Shown here one piece after another: positions 59,768 through 64,000 of a stretch of 64,000 nucleotides of DNA. A model generated the notes under the pieces. The model was not told where the DNA came from. It made no database searches and worked only from the letters and a program-made list of their open reading frames with translations. Source of the stretch: Mobula hypostoma (taxonomy: Eukaryota); assembly GCF_963921235.1 (NCBI RefSeq), contig NC_086103.1, positions 135,718,001 to 135,782,000 on the forward strand. The letters are read 5' to 3'. A program made the translations under genes and the position numbers. Numbering within the stretch: position 1 is the first letter of the stretch; the number at the start of each line of letters is the position of its first letter.

Positions 59768-59963
59768 TTTACAAGCCCATGGTCGAATTATAGAGTTGGA
59801 TCACTGTGACGGGAAGTTGAAAATACATTACTCAGATCGCCTTGTTTCTTTGTTGAGAGAAGTACGCCAGCTTTCTGCTTTGGGTTTTGTCATTCCTAAA
59901 AAAATCCAACAAACAGCAAATACTGCTGAGAAGTTTTACAGACAAGCAGTTATTCTCAAACAA
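59768..59963 (+). CDS. DYNC2H1: DYNC2H1 coding exon 12
   Basis: LQAHGRIIELD...HYSDRLVSLLREVRQLSALGFVIP...QAVILKQ; tag|T...CAA|gttagt. Confidence 0.96.
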
Positions 59964-60118
59964 GTTAGTACTGCATTTTCTTGTTCGATTCCCTTTTACA
60001 GTCACCCTAATCATGCTTTCCTCTTTTTACCTTTTTCTTTTAACTGCTTTCTAGATAATTAAAAATTAGAGTGAGAATCCAAATTTTAATGTTAAATATG
60101 CTTTATTTTCTTTTACAG

Positions 60119-60214
60119 GTTGCGCACTTTTACAATACTATTGATCAGCAGATGATTCCTAGCCAGAGACCCATGATGCTAAACTCTGCTTTATCCTTTG
60201 AACAGATAATAAAG
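60119..60214 (+). CDS. DYNC2H1: DYNC2H1 coding exon 13 (gene continues beyond window)
   Basis: VAHFYNTIDQQMIPSQRPMMLNSALSFEQIIK; cag|GTT...AAG|gtgaga. Confidence 0.96.
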
Positions 60215-60394
60215 GTGAGAGAAAATAAGCACATAATATTTACCCATTAGTTACATACAGTACTTGCAAAAGTCTTAGGCATATATATAGATAGAGCTAG
60301 GGAGCCTTAGAGGTTTGTACAGTACTGTAGTAATTCTATGTTTTGCTCTGTACTACTGATGCAAAAAAAACTAATTTCGTGACCTTTGTGAATG

Positions 60395-61070
60395 ATTTTG
60401 ATATGGGCAAAAGGTAACAAACTGTGCAAATGCAAAAGGAAAGAAATAATAAACATAAATAAATAAGTAATAAATACCAGGTATATGAGATGGAGAGTTC
60501 TTGAAAGTGAGTCTATAGACTGTGAGAACATTTCAATGATGGAGTGAGTGAAGTTATCCCCTTTGGTTCAATAGCCTGATGGCTGAGGGTAATAACTGCT
60601 CCTGAATCTGATGGTGTGAGCGTTGAGGCTCCTGTACCACCTTCTTGAAGGCAGCAGTGAGAAGAGAGCATGCCCAGGGTGGTGAGGGTCCCTGATGGTG
60701 GATGCTGCTTTCCTGAGACAGCACTTCGTGTGGATGTGATCACTGGTGGGGAGAGCATTACCCATGATGGACTGGGCTATAGCTACGACTTCTTGTAGGA
60801 TTTTCTGTTCAAGGGCATTGGTGTTTCCATTCCAGGCTGTGATGCAGCCAATCAATATACTCTTCAATGCACATCTATAGAAGTTTGTTAAATTTTTAGA
60901 TGTCACGCTGAATCTTCGCAAATTCCTAAGAAAGTAGAGGCGATTTTTTTTTTCATAATTGAACTTTTGTGCTGGGCCCAGGATAGGTCCTCTGAAATAG
61001 TAACAATGAGGAGTTTAAAGCGGCTAACCTTCTCCACCTCTGGTCCTCTGAGGACCGGTTCATGAACAAA
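60395..61070 (-). mobile_element. Rex/Babar-like LINE 3' fragment
   Basis: LTNFYRCALKSILIGCITAW...IRDPHHPGHALFSLLPS. Confidence 0.75.
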
Positions 61071-62018
61071 TGGTTTAATGACTAACACTGCTGACTTACG
61101 AAAGAAAAGATACTGTGTCCTTTTGAGAAGAGATAGGGAGAAGAGAGAGGGATGGTGGTAGGGGGTGGTGGACTGAGGTGGAGGTTAAAGTGTGCTGTGA
61201 TGTACTTTGTACTTTCGGACTTGGGTGACTGAAGATGAGTATCATTGTGGAGTGGTACCCAGAGAATAGAATCTTGATTGGAGTAGGTGCAGAGGTAGGG
61301 GATAGAGTGGGAATAGTGGTGAGATTGCAGCTTGGGTTGTGAGATTGTTTGTGTTAGTAGATCATTAAGTAGTGGGATTTGGTGTAATTGAGGGAGTTTA
61401 GCAGAGCAGGTAAATAAAAGTCAAAAGAATGCTACCAGAGTTCATTCTCATCATTAAGTTGGGAAAATTTCAGTGCACCCTCGTTAAATAGTGCAGATGA
61501 GAACATAGTTTCTCTGGGAGTGCCTTCTGATGAATGCTTCTTGTAACATTGGGCTGGATCAACTGCCTTCTTCATGCCATGTGTTCTTCTACCATAGGAC
61601 ATGCAAGTTCATATTTACTTTCTGAGGCTGTCTAGTTGTCAATATCCTGCTGGTCTCATTGTGCTAACATGTTGCTGACTCACTGTTGGATGAGTTGAAG
61701 CGGTCCTTGAATGGATTCTGGGCCACAGATAGCAGAAGTGCAGCCTAGCCAACAGACAGGAAAGACATTTGGCACCTTGAACTGCCAGACACTTCTTTGC
61801 ACTTTCCTGCTCTTTCTGATGATATTTAGAAACACCTGAAAATATTTAATTAATTAAATTGAATCAAAGAAGAATTCATTCAAAATTAATTATTAACATT
61901 ATTATCAATTAAAATAAATTCATAAAAGAACTTGATTTCCATCACTCTGTAGATAGATAATTGGGCAGTAAAGGCATAGAGTGATACAGGCCGAATGCAG
62001 GCTGATGGGATTAGCATA

Positions 62019-62676
62019 CACTCAGTGGCCATTTTATGAGATATACCTGTACACCTTCTCATTAAAATGCAAATATCTACTCAGCCCATCATGTGGCACC
62101 AATCATGTAAAAGCATGCAGACATGGTCTAGAAGTTCAGTTGTTCAGGCCAAGCATCAGAATGGGGGAAAAATGTGATCTAAGTGACTTTGACCATAGAA
62201 TGAATGTTGGCATCAGATGGGCTGGTTTGACTATCTCAAAAACTGCTGATTTCCTGGGATTTTCACACACAACAGTGTGATGTTCACACAACAGAGAATA
62301 GTAGAAAAAACAAAAATCACCTAGTGAGTGGCAATTCTGTGGGTGAAAATGAGAGGGGTCAGAGGAGAATGGCCAGATTGTTTCAAGCTGACAGGAAGGT
62401 GAGAGCAACTCAAATAACCATGCTTTACCACAGCGGTACACACAACGTGCTGGAGGAGCTCAGCAGGTCAGGCAGCATCTATGGATGCAAATAAAGAATT
62501 GACATTTTTGGCCGAGGCCCTTTATCAAGACTGCTATCACAACTTACAACAGTGGTGTAAGAAGAGCAGTCCTGAATGCACAACATGTCAAACCTTGAAG
62601 TGGATGGGCTACAGCAGCAGAAGACCACAAGCATACACTCAGAGGCTACCTTATTTTTTACAGTGGCCACTGCATA
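62019..62676. mobile_element. Tc1/mariner-type non-autonomous element with nested Penelope pLTR fragment (~62437-62535)
   Basis: TA|CACTCAGTGGCCA...TGGCCACTG ends. Tc1-like N-terminal remnant MGEKCDLSDFDHRMNVGIRWAGLTISKTADFLGFS. Confidence 0.7.
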
Positions 62677-63061
62677 TAGATAGGCATCATGGTAGGTATG
62701 GACTGCTGGGCTGATTCCATGACAGTCCTTTTTTTACAGGAGGTTGGTAACCTCCATTGAAATGAATAGGGCTGCATTAGGTATGACTAACGTTAAGACA
62801 AAAGGCCAGATACTAAGAACTTAAGTGAATACCCCTGAGCTGAATGGAGGAAATAGCTCCATGCTATATATTAATATTTTTCAGCCTTTATGTTTTCAAA
62901 ATGTGATTTGTAGAATTGTGAATTATTTATTGTGTGATATTCGGAAAAGCTTTGCAGGCAGCATTATGTGTTAAGCTACAAAATCAAACTTGTTTTTTTT
63001 TGTATATATTCCTGCTGCTGATATTCACCAATATTGCAAGGACAGCCTGTTTTCTTTATGG

Positions 63062-63382
63062 TAGTGGTCGCCAACCTTTTTAAGCCCAAGGTCCCCTACC
63101 TCAGCCTTAGCGAAAGGCAAGATTGACCAACTAAATTGTTTAGTCACATTCATGGGCACCGGGCAGAAAAGACCGGAAGTAAAACCCCACAACCCGGAAA
63201 CAACCTCTCTTTACAAACAGCTTTCAGTAGCTGGAGTATTGCTATATTATCATTATCCTAATTAGTATTACTTATTTTTATAATGCTCACATTACAACAG
63301 TATTTGTGTATTTATTTATTTATTTATTTTTTTCGGGATCTACTGGGAAAGTCTCAAAAGATCGACCAGTTGGCAACCACTA
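63062..63382. mobile_element. hAT (Charlie-like) MITE
   Basis: TIR TAGTGGT(C/T)GCCAAC at both ends; 8-bp TSD ctttatg(g/t). Confidence 0.8.
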
Positions 63383-63419
63383 CTTTATGTTAACAGTGAT
63401 CAGTGAAAAGGTTGAATTT

Positions 63420-64000
63420 CAACAATGTTAATAAATAGCATAAATAATATCAATTTTCTTAGTGATGTTAACATAGATAAATATTCCAGCCTGCATCAAG
63501 GTAGCAATCTAAACAAAATTCATCGTTTAAAAGTAAGTGGATATAGGACCAGAAGATGTAGTATCGTTGTGGATAGAGTTAAAAAACTGGTAGGGGAAAA
63601 TGACCCTGATGGGATTTATATATACTCCTCCAAAAAGTAGCCAGGGTGTTGGGTACAAATTATAACACGAGATAGAAGTACAAATTATAACACGAGATAG
63701 AAAAGGCATGTGAAAAGGGCAATGTTGCAATCATCATTAGGGATTTCACTGTACAGGTAGATCAGGAAAATCAGGTTGGTGCTGAACTTCAAGCGAAGAA
63801 ATTTGTAGAATGCCTACGAGATGGCTTTTTAGAGCAGCTTGTGGTCGAGTCTGTTAGGAAAGGGCAATTTTGGATTGGGTGTTGTGTAATGAACCAGATT
63901 TGATTAGGGGACTTAAGGTAAAGAACCCTTAGGATGCAGTGATCATAATATGATAGAATTTAGCTTGAGAGGAAGAAACTAAAATCTTATGTATTGATAT
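63420..64000 (+). mobile_element. CR1 LINE endonuclease-region fragment
   Basis: GIYIYSS, FVECLRDGFLEQLV, AILDWVLCNEPD and DHNMIEF. Confidence 0.7.

Noticed and set aside
63653-63702. 25-bp direct tandem duplication (gtacaaattataacacgagatagaa x2)
   Set aside because: Ordinary local duplication inside a dead CR1 fragment.

Overview
Vertebrate nuclear DNA. The repeat repertoire (HE1/V-SINE-like SINEs, CR1, Rex/Babar-like LINEs, Penelope) suggests a cartilaginous fish, probably a ray. The main gene is the 5' part of DYNC2H1 (cytoplasmic dynein-2 heavy chain, + strand): 13 coding exons from the ATG at 15648 to 60214 splice in frame into 651 codons, and the gene continues past the window. A CpG island at ~6.5-8.15 kb is the probable promoter. 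On the - strand, head-to-head with DYNC2H1, is an uninterrupted pogo/Tigger (TIGD-like) transposase ORF that may be domesticated. Upstream of it lies a decayed, same-orientation partial duplicate of DYNC2H1's own 5' region (an intron segment plus a pseudo-exon 4). The large 5' introns are filled with nested transposable elements: a gag-only BEL/Pao LTR element; a two-gene PIF/Harbinger transposon with a 2.9-kb G-rich minisatellite expanded inside its Myb/SANT (MADF) gene; a young Penelope-like insertion forming a ~550-bp-arm inverted repeat with an intact-looking hammerhead ribozyme on each strand; an RTE-clade LINE; a full-length L1; Tigger, hAT and Tc1 derivatives; and many CR1, Rex-like and SINE fragments. 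All homology calls are from recognition of motifs and recalled sequences, not from database searches.
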